From an uncultured bacterium (GTDB lineage: Bacteria > Babelota > Babeliae > Babelales > Vermiphilaceae), in assembly GCA_963701085.1 (NCBI GenBank), contig OY969561.1:448001-512000 (forward strand): 64,000 bases of DNA, written 5' to 3'. Positions 39,795 to 49,283 of the stretch are shown here, piece by piece. A program made the translations under genes and the position numbers. The first letter of the stretch is position 1; each line of letters starts with the position of its first letter. Below the pieces are notes generated by a model. That model was not told the DNA's origin, searched no databases, and saw only the letters and a program-made list of their open reading frames with translations.

Positions 39795-41491
39795 TATGCA
39801 ATACCACCCTTAACCCAAATAGCCCATTGAGAACACGTTGCATTGTTGCAGGGATTGGTGTCAGCAAACTCACCAGAAAGACCAACACCCAAATACGGAT
39901 CAAGATCATCTCTGTTATCCCACAAGCAGCCAATGTAACCAAACACTTTATGTGATAATGCGCGTGGCAAAATACCTGATTCATTATTAATATCACTATC
40001 GCTGAGTAAAATTGCAGGATTAGAACCGTTCACTTGTACTTGTGGAATAGTAAGTGCAGCTGAATCAGCTGCATTTAATTGATTTAATACTCCTGCTGCT
40101 GTTGATGCTGCCGCTGGCAAATTATCTGCATTTAAATTCTGAAAATTACCATTACCTGCGCCCTGCCCTGCTAAAATAGTTGCCATGCTTTGTGTAGCGT
40201 TTAATGCAATTGGATTATCACCCATAGCGGTAAATCCATAAATCTGCGCATCGCCTTTAATTGCATACCTATTTTCTATAAATGTCTCACGGCAATGTAA
40301 TTTTTCCTTACTATTTGCCCAAAAATTATAACCAAAATCAATCTCAAAACCATCTCTTTGATATGCCAACTTCAGCACAACATCAGCTTGCACACCAATA
40401 CTTATTTTTGTATCAAACGTAGTATAGTTGATTGCAGGAACCAAATTACCTATATATTGGTTGGCAGGAGCATTACCATTAATAAGTAAGTTTTCTGAAG
40501 AATTTATAATCTCTTCCAATAAAATATATCTACTACCATTACCATTTTTGGTAAAATCAAAAGAACGTTTTTGTTGTGATGTAAATAGATGTGATACATG
40601 CGCATCAAGATACAGTGCCACACGCTTACCTGTTTCTTTATTTTCCCACATATTCACGTGCGCAGACACACCGCCACCAATATCCCAGTGATGACGATTT
40701 CCTATAATTTCCTCAAACAGAAATTCTGCGGTAGTCGCGTTACCCGTTGGTGCTCCTATGCGAAAACTGATACCCACATGATACCATGGTTGATTATAAT
40801 TCCATCCCAATGTTGTTTGCAGCTCCGCAATTCTACTGCGCGTTTGTCGACCAAAAATTTTACCATATTGCAGCGGTGCATCCATATCACCAAATGTCGT
40901 CTTACCCTGCATTGCTTGAGTAACGCTCTGTGGCAAGCTTGATGCAGGAATATTTGTAGTACTCATATAACCTGCAGGATAAAAATCTGTTCCGGGATTA
41001 ATACCAACTTCACACATATACAGATTCCACTTTGTTTGCACAACCGGCATATGCACCATAATAAAAAGACCAGGCAGATATGCATCAAATGCCTGGAACC
41101 AATCAAAATCAATAATGGTATTGCTGATATGCGGTGAAAAATTAACCGTACTAGAAAAATCAGCGGGCAAACCAAAATAATCTGCTAAAATATCACCTGC
41201 TTGCCGCTCTGCCCGACTACCAGAAAAACGCAGCTTATTCGCACCAAATAAAAAATCAGCAATCTGTTGTGGTCTAAAAGATCTTGTATATTTAGCTGCT
41301 ACTGCAATGGTTCCATAATTACTATCTTGATCGTATTTATAAATATTTTGTTGCCACCCGGTGAGCTCAAGAACACTATCTAACCCTTGAGAACGAATAC
41401 CAAATATAGTTTTTTTTCCAAAACAATATACGTCCATAAAATTAACCAGAACAATACCAACTGCCACATACATAAAAAATTTTTTCATCAC
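39791..41491 (-). CDS. Putative outer-membrane beta-barrel family protein, paralog 1
   Basis: RSQG, ADYFGLPADF, GNRHHW, IKGDA, ends QWAIWVKGGIAY. Confidence 0.65.
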   Translation of the reverse strand: MMKKFFMYVAVGIVLVNFMDVYCFGKKTIFGIRSQGLDSVLELTGWQQNIYKYDQDSNYGTIAVAAKYTRSFRPQQIADFLFGANKLRFSGSRAERQAGDILADYFGLPADFSSTVNFSPHISNTIIDFDWFQAFDAYLPGLFIMVHMPVVQTKWNLYMCEVGINPGTDFYPAGYMSTTNIPASSLPQSVTQAMQGKTTFGDMDAPLQYGKIFGRQTRSRIAELQTTLGWNYNQPWYHVGISFRIGAPTGNATTAEFLFEEIIGNRHHWDIGGGVSAHVNMWENKETGKRVALYLDAHVSHLFTSQQKRSFDFTKNGNGSRYILLEEIINSSENLLINGNAPANQYIGNLVPAINYTTFDTKISIGVQADVVLKLAYQRDGFEIDFGYNFWANSKEKLHCRETFIENRYAIKGDAQIYGFTAMGDNPIALNATQSMATILAGQGAGNGNFQNLNADNLPAAASTAAGVLNQLNAADSAALTIPQVQVNGSNPAILLSDSDINNESGILPRALSHKVFGYIGCLWDNRDDLDPYLGVGLSGEFADTNPCNNATCSQWAIWVKGGIAY

Positions 41492-41583
41492 ATCCCCTTA
41501 AGCTGAGTGTGCTAACGCTGACAATGTTATATGTCACACTACAGCTTAAACCAAGCGATTAACGGGACGCAATATATTTAACA

Positions 41584-42624
41584 CTACTTCCGTTTCACCG
41601 CATTCAACTCATTCACGTAATCAAAAACCGTCTTTTTATTATCTCGCACCAAAGCATTTGCCATATTTATAATATGATCAGCCCAATATCCGTTGAATAA
41701 TTTACCCTGCGCAAAGTTTTTCTTCTGACATGCACCGGTTAAATTTTTCACCGAATTATAATCAAAACAATTTCTTGCATTAGGAGTAACCGATGGATTA
41801 CCATAACAACCAAAACAGACTAATGAACGATTTGGCTGAGGCGTCCCTGGAGCAGCATGTTGTTCTTCATGACATGCAATATTTTCATTCATAGTGCCAT
41901 ACATATTCTTCCAAAAATAACTCTCTACTGGCCAAGTATACTCAGTAGACTCCTCATAATTTTGTGTAAACATCAATAAACGCTTATTATTCTTACGCAT
42001 CCACCCCAATGTTGGCCATTCACCTTTTTGCCGCGCTGCTTGCCAATCTGCTGGCTTTAATATCGGGTTGTAACCATTCTTCATGATAACCTCCCTCATA
42101 TCACGCTCCATTTTTGCAGGGTCAGCATAATCATCAAAAAAAATCGTAATCACTGCTTTTGGGTGACTTTTTAAAAAATTAAAAATACGATTCATCTCAT
42201 AATGAAGCGTTTGATACAATGGCTTACCATTTTTCCGGAACACAATTGATTCTTTTGCGGGATGAGAACAAACAACACTTATCCCTTCTTTAAGAAGCGA
42301 CGACCAACTCAAATCCCAATCATACGTACTGAGCATCACACCACGCACACCTGCTGCCAACAGCCCCGGTATGGGCTGATCTTGCAACGCATATTGAGGA
42401 AAAAATCGCGGATACTTTTCTGCCGCGTGAGCTCCTACATAATGATACTGAACATAGTTCAAACCATCTGCTGGTTCTTTAAAATAATCTTTGTTACCCT
42501 CCGCTTGCCGTATGTCTTCTTGATAACGCTCATCATATGAAGGAATATAAGGAGCCGACACAGCCACCAACCACATATTTGCCACCAAAAGAACAATAAA
42601 AACGCTTTGTTTAATATAATGCAT
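41584..42624 (-). CDS. Secreted PI-PLC X-domain-like phosphodiesterase, degenerate
   Basis: GAHAA, GVRGVML, CSH, FLKSHPKAVITIFFDDY, WPTLGWMRKNNKRLLMF. Confidence 0.7.
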   Translation of the reverse strand: MHYIKQSVFIVLLVANMWLVAVSAPYIPSYDERYQEDIRQAEGNKDYFKEPADGLNYVQYHYVGAHAAEKYPRFFPQYALQDQPIPGLLAAGVRGVMLSTYDWDLSWSSLLKEGISVVCSHPAKESIVFRKNGKPLYQTLHYEMNRIFNFLKSHPKAVITIFFDDYADPAKMERDMREVIMKNGYNPILKPADWQAARQKGEWPTLGWMRKNNKRLLMFTQNYEESTEYTWPVESYFWKNMYGTMNENIACHEEQHAAPGTPQPNRSLVCFGCYGNPSVTPNARNCFDYNSVKNLTGACQKKNFAQGKLFNGYWADHIINMANALVRDNKKTVFDYVNELNAVKRK

Positions 42625-42719
42625 AACATTACCCCCTTTTTTAACAACATTGCTAACTGTAATTTTACAACAATGTCATGAGAAAAAGCTAGATTTAGCA
42701 TAATTTTCAAAAAAACACC

Positions 42720-42785
42720 CCCGCTCGCCCTGAGCCTGTCGAAGGGAAAAGCGCTCTAATATTTCAACAAGTTCAATATGAGCGC
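42720..42785. repeat. Palindromic repeat pair (type B)
   Basis: ccgctcgccctgagcctgtcgaaggg followed by a degenerate inverted copy. Confidence 0.8.
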
Positions 42786-42889
42786 AAATTCAACATGATT
42801 TGCAAAAAAATGTGTGGTATACTAAAGTATCTGCAAGTAATAATGATGCATAAGCACTCTCTGCTACCAATAGTTTTTTAGGTAATATA

Positions 42890-43369
42890 ATGAAAATTCG
42901 AAGAAAAAAAGGTTTCTTTTCTATTTCAGCCGTTGCCAAAATGTTTTCCGTTCATCAACAAACAGTACGCTTGTATGAAAAACAGGGCCTTATCAGCCCC
43001 AAACGATCATCAGGTAATACCCGCCTTTTTTCTGAAGAAGATATTGATCAATTAGAAGAGGTTATCTACCTGACACATGAAATGGGAATCAATTTAGCCG
43101 GTGTTGAGATGATCTTACGCCTCAAGAAGCAGATCAAAAAGATGCAAAATGAGATGAACAAAATATTTGATTCTACGCAGCAAGAGCTTGATCAGGAGAA
43201 TGAGAAATCAAAAGATATCGTACAAAGCAGCTATCAACGCCTTTTACGACTTAAAAATAAAAGTAATGCACCAGCAACACCAGATGCTCCAGTAAAAAAG
43301 GATGCTGATAATGACTCACAAGATGGCACCGTGGATGTTGACAACTGGGAAATTGAGTACGAGGATTAA
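42890..43369 (+). CDS. hspR: MerR-family heat-shock repressor, HspR-like
   Basis: SISAVAKMFSVHQQTVRLYEKQGLISPKRSSGNTRLFS...GINLAGVEMIL. Confidence 0.8.
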   Translation: MKIRRKKGFFSISAVAKMFSVHQQTVRLYEKQGLISPKRSSGNTRLFSEEDIDQLEEVIYLTHEMGINLAGVEMILRLKKQIKKMQNEMNKIFDSTQQELDQENEKSKDIVQSSYQRLLRLKNKSNAPATPDAPVKKDADNDSQDGTVDVDNWEIEYED

Positions 43370-43500
43370 AAATCACATAAAACTTCACGTAATAGCACAA
43401 TTACACCAACTTTCTCAAAAATGTTTTCATAAGGGCACACAATAGTGCAAGGTTAAAAAAGAGTAGGGTGTATAAATTCCTCAATCACGAAAGGCTTAGT

Positions 43501-43968
43501 ATGAATAACGATTCATTTTCACACGACAGCAACTCACAATTCGCACTTTCGTATGAACTACTTCATTTATTACAATGGCTTGGACAAAACGATGTTGACA
43601 AACTGAAAAAAATTATCTCCAAAGCCGTTGCTCACGGATTGCACAACAACATACAAAAATCTACAACGCTACCTGACCCTAACATTCTCGAAGATATGCA
43701 TCACAGCATTATCGATTTTTTTGAACTTCTTGATACACTTCTAGCTGATGCAATTAGTGATCATGTAGAACAAAAAGCACGCGAGAAAAACCTTCTTCCT
43801 ACCATTGATCATTTTGATTCATCATTATTGGATGACAACACGCTGCGTTCGAGCGTTGAAAACACAACAAAAAAATTGGATCTCAACCCACACATGAATC
43901 CAAAAGAACAGCTTTGCAAAGAGTTTCTTAAAAAATGGAAGCCCGTCAATAAAGAAAGTATACATTAA
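43501..43968 (+). CDS. Hypothetical protein
   Basis: Clean ORF co-oriented with hspR; no recognised motif. Confidence 0.7.
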   Translation: MNNDSFSHDSNSQFALSYELLHLLQWLGQNDVDKLKKIISKAVAHGLHNNIQKSTTLPDPNILEDMHHSIIDFFELLDTLLADAISDHVEQKAREKNLLPTIDHFDSSLLDDNTLRSSVENTTKKLDLNPHMNPKEQLCKEFLKKWKPVNKESIH

Positions 43969-43983
43969 ACCGATATTTTAATG

Positions 43984-44058
43984 CCGTTCGTGCTGAGCCT
44001 GTCGAAGCATATGAACTAAATTATGTTCGCTCACTTCGACAAGCTCAGTGCGAACGGG
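43984..44058. repeat. Inverted pair of type B palindromic repeats
   Basis: ccgttcgtgctgagcctgtcgaagc ... cacttcgacaagctcagtgcgaacgg. Confidence 0.88.
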
Positions 44059-44114
44059 ATTGGAAAATACCTGCACAAACAAAGTTTTTTTACGTTCGCA
44101 CGAACGTAAAGGGA

Positions 44115-44726
44115 CTAAAAAAATCCTAATTTCTCCAACGCCTCACGCACCTCAAAAAGAGGCAAACCAATAATTGTTGAATACGATCCTTGGACCATTT
44201 TTAAAAACTGATTACCAAACTTTTCAACCGCAATACCACCAGACACATCCAAAAAAGGTGTTTTTTCAAGGTAAATATCAAGCCAATTATCTGGTACCAC
44301 AAACATAAATTCAGCCGAAACAACATCAGCTATTCTTTCTTCTATTACCCATGCATCATTTTTCCACACTTTTCTATCCAAACAAAAACCTGTGCATAAA
44401 AAAGAGCCTGCTGCAGTTGCCTTTATCTTGGCAATGGCATCAGCTCTATCAACTGGCTTTCCATGAACCACGCCCATTTTATCATGCGACATAGTATCAG
44501 CGGTCAGCACAAAGCATCTATCTCCTTCATGTTTACCATCGGGCAAGATAACGTGCTGCATTTTATACAGCGCAATGCTTAAAACGAGCTGTGGTAATGG
44601 AAGACCCCAATCACACAGAGATTCGTCAGCATCCTGATTTACTGTAATAAATGGAATCTGAGACTCTTCTAATAACATCCGCCGCGATTGCGATTTGGAA
44701 CCGAAATATAAAACATTTTTAACCAT
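44115..44726 (-). CDS. maf: Maf family nucleotide pyrophosphatase
   Basis: LYFGSKSQSRRMLL, LTADT, GKP, GSYSTIIGLP. Confidence 0.9.
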   Translation of the reverse strand: MVKNVLYFGSKSQSRRMLLEESQIPFITVNQDADESLCDWGLPLPQLVLSIALYKMQHVILPDGKHEGDRCFVLTADTMSHDKMGVVHGKPVDRADAIAKIKATAAGSFLCTGFCLDRKVWKNDAWVIEERIADVVSAEFMFVVPDNWLDIYLEKTPFLDVSGGIAVEKFGNQFLKMVQGSYSTIIGLPLFEVREALEKLGFF

Positions 44727-44747
44727 ATAGATAAACTTTTTTCTTTA

Positions 44748-44780
44748 GTCCTTCGAAGCTTTTAAAAAAGCGGAGTAGGA
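44748..44780. repeat. Degenerate type A palindromic unit
   Basis: gtccttcgaagc...agcggagtagga resembles 20786-20819. Confidence 0.55.
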
Positions 44781-44815
44781 TTGAATTTTTTTAATCTCAA
44801 GAGTACACTTAAAAC

Positions 44816-45280
44816 ATGAATTATCAATACTATACTAAGACCAAAAACATTTTTGTACCTCAAAATCAACAGATCGTCCTTGTTGGTGGCTGCTTTGATA
44901 TCATTCATTTTGGACACATACAATTTTTGGAAAAAGCAAAGCAAGCTGGTGATTATCTTGTTGTAGCACTTGAACCAGATGAGCGTATTATCAACCACAA
45001 ACACCGCACTCCAATTCATACACAAGCAGAACGTGCTCATAATCTATTAGCACTACGCCATGTTGATCACATAATTATGTTACCAATGTTATATGGATTT
45101 CAAGATTATCTTGATCTTGTACAAACAATCAAACCACACGTTATTGCAATAACCAATGATGATCCACAACTACCCAACAAACAAAAACAAGCTGACGCGG
45201 TTGGCGCACAACTTGTTACGGTAACTGATATGATTGGAAATTTTTCAAGCTCAGCGATATTTCAAGATTTAATGATTTAA
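44816..45280 (+). CDS. Cytidylyltransferase-family nucleotidyltransferase (RibL/TagD-like)
   Basis: GGCFDIIHFGHIQFLEKAK HxGH motif; LVVALEPD; SSS near the C-terminus. Confidence 0.88.
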   Translation: MNYQYYTKTKNIFVPQNQQIVLVGGCFDIIHFGHIQFLEKAKQAGDYLVVALEPDERIINHKHRTPIHTQAERAHNLLALRHVDHIIMLPMLYGFQDYLDLVQTIKPHVIAITNDDPQLPNKQKQADAVGAQLVTVTDMIGNFSSSAIFQDLMI

Positions 45281-45292
45281 AAATTAAAGCTA

Positions 45293-46084
45293 TTATTCTC
45301 TGCCATTTTTTATTTTATTGAAATCTTCACCACTCATAATTGTAAGTAATTTTCGACATATTTCTAATCCAGTAATATATTCTTGTTGTTGCCGTTGGGA
45401 CATGCGATCCGAATGCGATGCATATTCCTTCTCCAAATTATTCATTCTACTTTGCACACGCTCAATTGCACTTACTCCATAACAATTTTTATGATGTGGA
45501 TCAACATTTAATGAATGCAATAATTTCGCTCGGCGTAACACATGATTTCCTTCTAGATAAAAGTCAAAAGGTCTTCCCAGCAACTTATGCCAAAGATTCT
45601 CACCAGAATTATCTACTGCATATGGATTAACTTTTCTACGAATAGCGTACTTTATAAAGGAATCTTTTGTAACTTTCGTATTATTTGTACCTTCATCCCT
45701 AATTACGTTGTGCAAATAATTTCCACCGTGACCGTCATCTATTTTACGGATATTACAACCATGTTTTTCAAGAAGTCGTATCATATTAAGAGATTGAGCG
45801 TCCTCTATCAAAGAATCATCACCTTTAAGTATCTTATAATTTTTAAGTAACCAATCTGCCGTTTTAACATCATCTATTTCAATAGCATCCACAAGTAGAA
45901 ATCCTCGACGAAATTGCAAATCCTTTATCTTCTTTTGACCAGTCGTCTTATTAGCACAAGAATGTCGCTGCTGAAACATTTTTGGTGTCGATTGTTTTGA
46001 TGTTTTTACCAACATAGCAGTAGCATTGGGTACAACAGTAAAACTGATCACTGCCGACAACACTATACTCTTTTTCATACGCAT
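45293..46084 (-). CDS. Secreted ankyrin-repeat protein
   Basis: Leader ending ATA-M; LLEKHGCNI, GGNYLH, VNPYAVDNSGENLWH, GVSAIE. Confidence 0.7.
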   Translation of the reverse strand: MRMKKSIVLSAVISFTVVPNATAMLVKTSKQSTPKMFQQRHSCANKTTGQKKIKDLQFRRGFLLVDAIEIDDVKTADWLLKNYKILKGDDSLIEDAQSLNMIRLLEKHGCNIRKIDDGHGGNYLHNVIRDEGTNNTKVTKDSFIKYAIRRKVNPYAVDNSGENLWHKLLGRPFDFYLEGNHVLRRAKLLHSLNVDPHHKNCYGVSAIERVQSRMNNLEKEYASHSDRMSQRQQQEYITGLEICRKLLTIMSGEDFNKIKNGRE

Positions 46085-46244
46085 CCTTTTGTTGTAATAT
46101 ATAATTTAAAAATTCACCCATTATTGTACGCATCATCAGATATTTAGCAACAATAAATGTTCTTTTTAAAAACAAAAAAAGCCACGTGCAAAACACATGG
46201 CTTTTTTTAATAGCAATCATTTAAAGAAAATGGCACGCCAGCTG

Positions 46245-46270
46245 TCCTTCGACAAGCTCAGGATGAGCGG
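46245..46270. repeat. Type B palindromic unit just downstream of the tRNA
   Basis: tccttcgacaagctcaggatgagcgg. Confidence 0.85.
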
Positions 46271-46280
46271 TAGTGAAAGC

Positions 46281-46354
46281 TGGCTGGGGCGGAAGGATTC
46301 GAACCTCCGATCGTAGGACCAAAACCTACTGCCTTACCGCTTGGCCACGCCCCA
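46281..46354 (-). tRNA. tRNA-Gln (TTG)
   Basis: TGGGGCGTGGCCAAGCGGTAAGGCAGTAGGTT-TTG-GTCCTAC...GGTTCGAATCC...CCCCAGCCA cloverleaf with encoded CCA. Confidence 0.97.
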
Positions 46355-46380
46355 AATAAGAATGTAAAAATTTATTACTA

Positions 46381-46668
46381 CTACTCTTCGTCAGATGAAG
46401 GTTGGCCCCCAAGATCCATATTGGTCTTGTATTCTTGAACCACGCGCTCTTCAATCATGCTACGTGTTTCAGGGTTTAAGGGATGCACAACATCGCGAAA
46501 TGTTCCGTCTTTACGTTTACGTGATGGCATTGAAACAAATAATCCTTTGACACCTTCGATCACTTTGAGATCTCGAATAATAAATGCATTGTCAAAGACG
46601 ATGGTTGCATATGCTTTCAATTTTTCGCCATCCGTCACCGGAAATACTTTAACTTCCGTTATTTCCAT
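46381..46668 (-). CDS. spoVG: SpoVG family protein
   Basis: MEITEVKV...LKAYATIVFD...GLFVSMPSRK...FRDVVHP. Confidence 0.95.
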   Translation of the reverse strand: MEITEVKVFPVTDGEKLKAYATIVFDNAFIIRDLKVIEGVKGLFVSMPSRKRKDGTFRDVVHPLNPETRSMIEERVVQEYKTNMDLGGQPSSDEE

Positions 46669-46788
46669 TGCTGTAACCTTTAAAGATAAGTATCGTTTTT
46701 TTGCTTCTTTACTGCTCGTATTTTAATGTATATCATTGGATGTTTTTGTCAAATACAAACATACTTCTTTTATACATTTTTTATAAAT

Positions 46789-47703
46789 TTACCCAATAAA
46801 TCGTGCAACTCTCAATTTTGCTGAACGAGATGATGGATTTTTTGCGATTTCTTCTGCTGTTGGGATCACTACACGCTTAGTGATGATCTCCAGTTTCCCC
46901 TCATCCTCTTTTTCTTTAAAGAACTGTTTAACAATCCGATCTTCCAAAGAATGAAACGAGATACATAACAATAATCCGTTAGGTTTTAACACTTGCATTG
47001 CACCTGACAAAAATCCGGTGATATTATTCAACTCTTGGTTAACAAAAATACGTAATGCCTGAAACACTTTAGTTGCAGGATGAATCTTTGAAGAACGTCG
47101 AGGAATAACTTTTTCAATGAGTGCTGCCAATTCTCGTGTGGTGTGAATCGATTTTTTTTGTCGCGCTTCAACAATCGCTGCTACTATTTTTTTTGCATGT
47201 GGCTCTTGCCCCAATTGCCAAAACATTTCACATAATTTTTCTGGTGAAGACTTATTGATCACTTGTTCTGCCGTCACCTGCTGATGAGCAGGTGACATTC
47301 TCATATCAAGTTCAGAATCTCTCTGAAAAGAAAACCCAGCGCGCTCTTTTATATGCATCTGAGATGTACCAAAATCGGCTAAAATACCATCTACTTTGCC
47401 CTCTTTTGCTTTTTGCAGCAACCGGTACACGTTAGAAAAATTCCCCCATATTATATGGAGGCGTTCTTGGTATTGTGCTTCTAATGCAGGTGCATACGTT
47501 TCAATTGAAGTAGCATCCCAATCGATTGCTACCACATGACATTTTTGCTGCTTATCTAAAATTGCTTTGGTATGACCACCTGACCCAAAAGTAACATCAC
47601 AGTAAAGACCTTGTGGCTGTGGATTAAGATAATGCAAAACCTCATCAACCATGACCGTTTTGTGATAAAAGAGCTCGGCGTTTTCTTTATTTGGGTTTAC
47701 CAT
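46789..47703 (-). CDS. rsmH: 16S rRNA m4C1402 methyltransferase
   Basis: HKTVMVDE, DVTFGSGGH, DFGTS, HPATKVFQALRIFVN, ISFHSLED, SRSAKLR. Confidence 0.97.
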   Translation of the reverse strand: MVNPNKENAELFYHKTVMVDEVLHYLNPQPQGLYCDVTFGSGGHTKAILDKQQKCHVVAIDWDATSIETYAPALEAQYQERLHIIWGNFSNVYRLLQKAKEGKVDGILADFGTSQMHIKERAGFSFQRDSELDMRMSPAHQQVTAEQVINKSSPEKLCEMFWQLGQEPHAKKIVAAIVEARQKKSIHTTRELAALIEKVIPRRSSKIHPATKVFQALRIFVNQELNNITGFLSGAMQVLKPNGLLLCISFHSLEDRIVKQFFKEKEDEGKLEIITKRVVIPTAEEIAKNPSSRSAKLRVARFIG

Positions 47704-47714
47704 AGTGATTTATA

Positions 47715-49129
47715 CTATTCTATTTGCGATGCTTTAACACCATTCTTTGTTGTCAACATTGAAACTAAATTTTCAAGACCAATTGCATGCGATCCTTTAA
47801 CCAAAATAGCTGGTTTTGCATCGAGCTCACTTTCAATTTTTTGTGCAGCTTCTTGCCATGATCCAACTACTTCAACACGTAGTCCCACTGGTGCTGTTTT
47901 TTTAACCCAAGCAACCAAGTTGCCCACTAAAATAACTTTATTTAATGAAGGAACTTTACGCAGGAAGCGCCCTACTTGTCTATGCCAAAAAGGACTATTA
48001 ACACCTAATCCAAGCATATCACCAAGAATAGCAATTTTTGGTGACTTTGTCTCTATTTGTTGAAACGCCAACAATGCCGCCTTCATACTCTCTGGATTAG
48101 CATTATAACAATCATTAATTAAGGTGCCACGATCACCATTCACCAAGCGCTCTTCAAAGCGACCTTCAACAACGCATGGCTTTTGAATCGCTTTAATAAT
48201 AATGTCATCAGAAACACCCAACCAATGAGCCGCAGCTGTTGCAGCAAGAGCATTAAAAACTGCTCCAATATGCGGGTGATCCAAAACAATGGAATGTTTA
48301 TTTTTATATATTTTAAGCATAAAGCTAATATGGGCTCCGGATACTCTCATTTTTCGTGCTTGAATCTGATTTGTCGTCTTTGATCCAAACTTAATCACCG
48401 GATGCTGATAAGAAACACTGGCAAGAATTGGCTGATCACCATTAATAATACCAATGCTATTTTCAGTGAAGTATTTAAAAACATCACGTTTTTCAAGCGC
48501 AATATCATTGAGTGACCCAAGACCATCCATATGCTGATGACCAATATTGGTAATTACCGCAGACGTTGGACGTAATAAATGAGAAAGCTCAGCCATTTCC
48601 CCACGTTTACTAATACCAAGTTCAAAAATAGCCAATTCGTGATCCGTTCTCATGCGAAGCATATTTAATGCAAGGCCAATTTTTGTATTTTGATTTCCAT
48701 GAGAAACAAGATATTTTTTGCCTGCATGCGTCATAATTTGAGCAAGCATTTCTTTGGTAGAAGTTTTTCCAACTGATCCAGTAATAGCAATAACTGGATA
48801 ATCAAACTGTGAACGCCAATGTGGCAGCAAGTTGAACAAGCGCCTCAAGAGGATCTTTAACCAACAAGAACTAACTTAGATTCAAGCCCTTTAATTGTGC
48901 TGAGAACATCTTTTTTTGATTCAGCAATAATCACTCCTGCTGCACCCTTTGCAAATGCTTGCGCAACAAAATCATGCCCATCACAATCAGCGCCTTTTAG
49001 AGCAACAAAAATATCTCCCGCTTGCATCCCACGTGAATCAATAGAGAATGTTGCATTCTCTGGAAAGTGCCCGAATGCAATCGACACTTCAGGCAATGTT
49101 TTAGTTATAAAAGAGCTGTCAAATCGCAT
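47715..49129 (-). pseudogene. murF: MurF ligase, frame broken near 48820-48865
   Basis: SIDSR...IFVALKG...DGHDF in 48857..49252; ITGSVGKTSTKE, NDCYNANPESM, ILGDML, LVKGS in 47715..48848. Two single-base insertions; probably consensus errors. Confidence 0.85.
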
Positions 49130-49283
49130 TGATAATCTCCGTTGAAAATAAAAAATACTACTACACCCAAATCTATATAAAAAAACTATTATATGTGCTG
49201 CTAAACGTTCGTCTAATGGCACTAAGATCTCTTTTTTTTTAACATTTGTCAAGGAACGCAGGATAAAGTAATAAGATAATATG

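Noticed and set aside
42851-42877. CIRCE-like TAAGCACTC upstream of hspR
   Set aside because: No matching right arm (GAGTGCTAA).
46200-46354. Prophage or island integrated at tRNA-Gln
   Set aside because: No integrase and no duplicated tRNA 3' end seen in the window.
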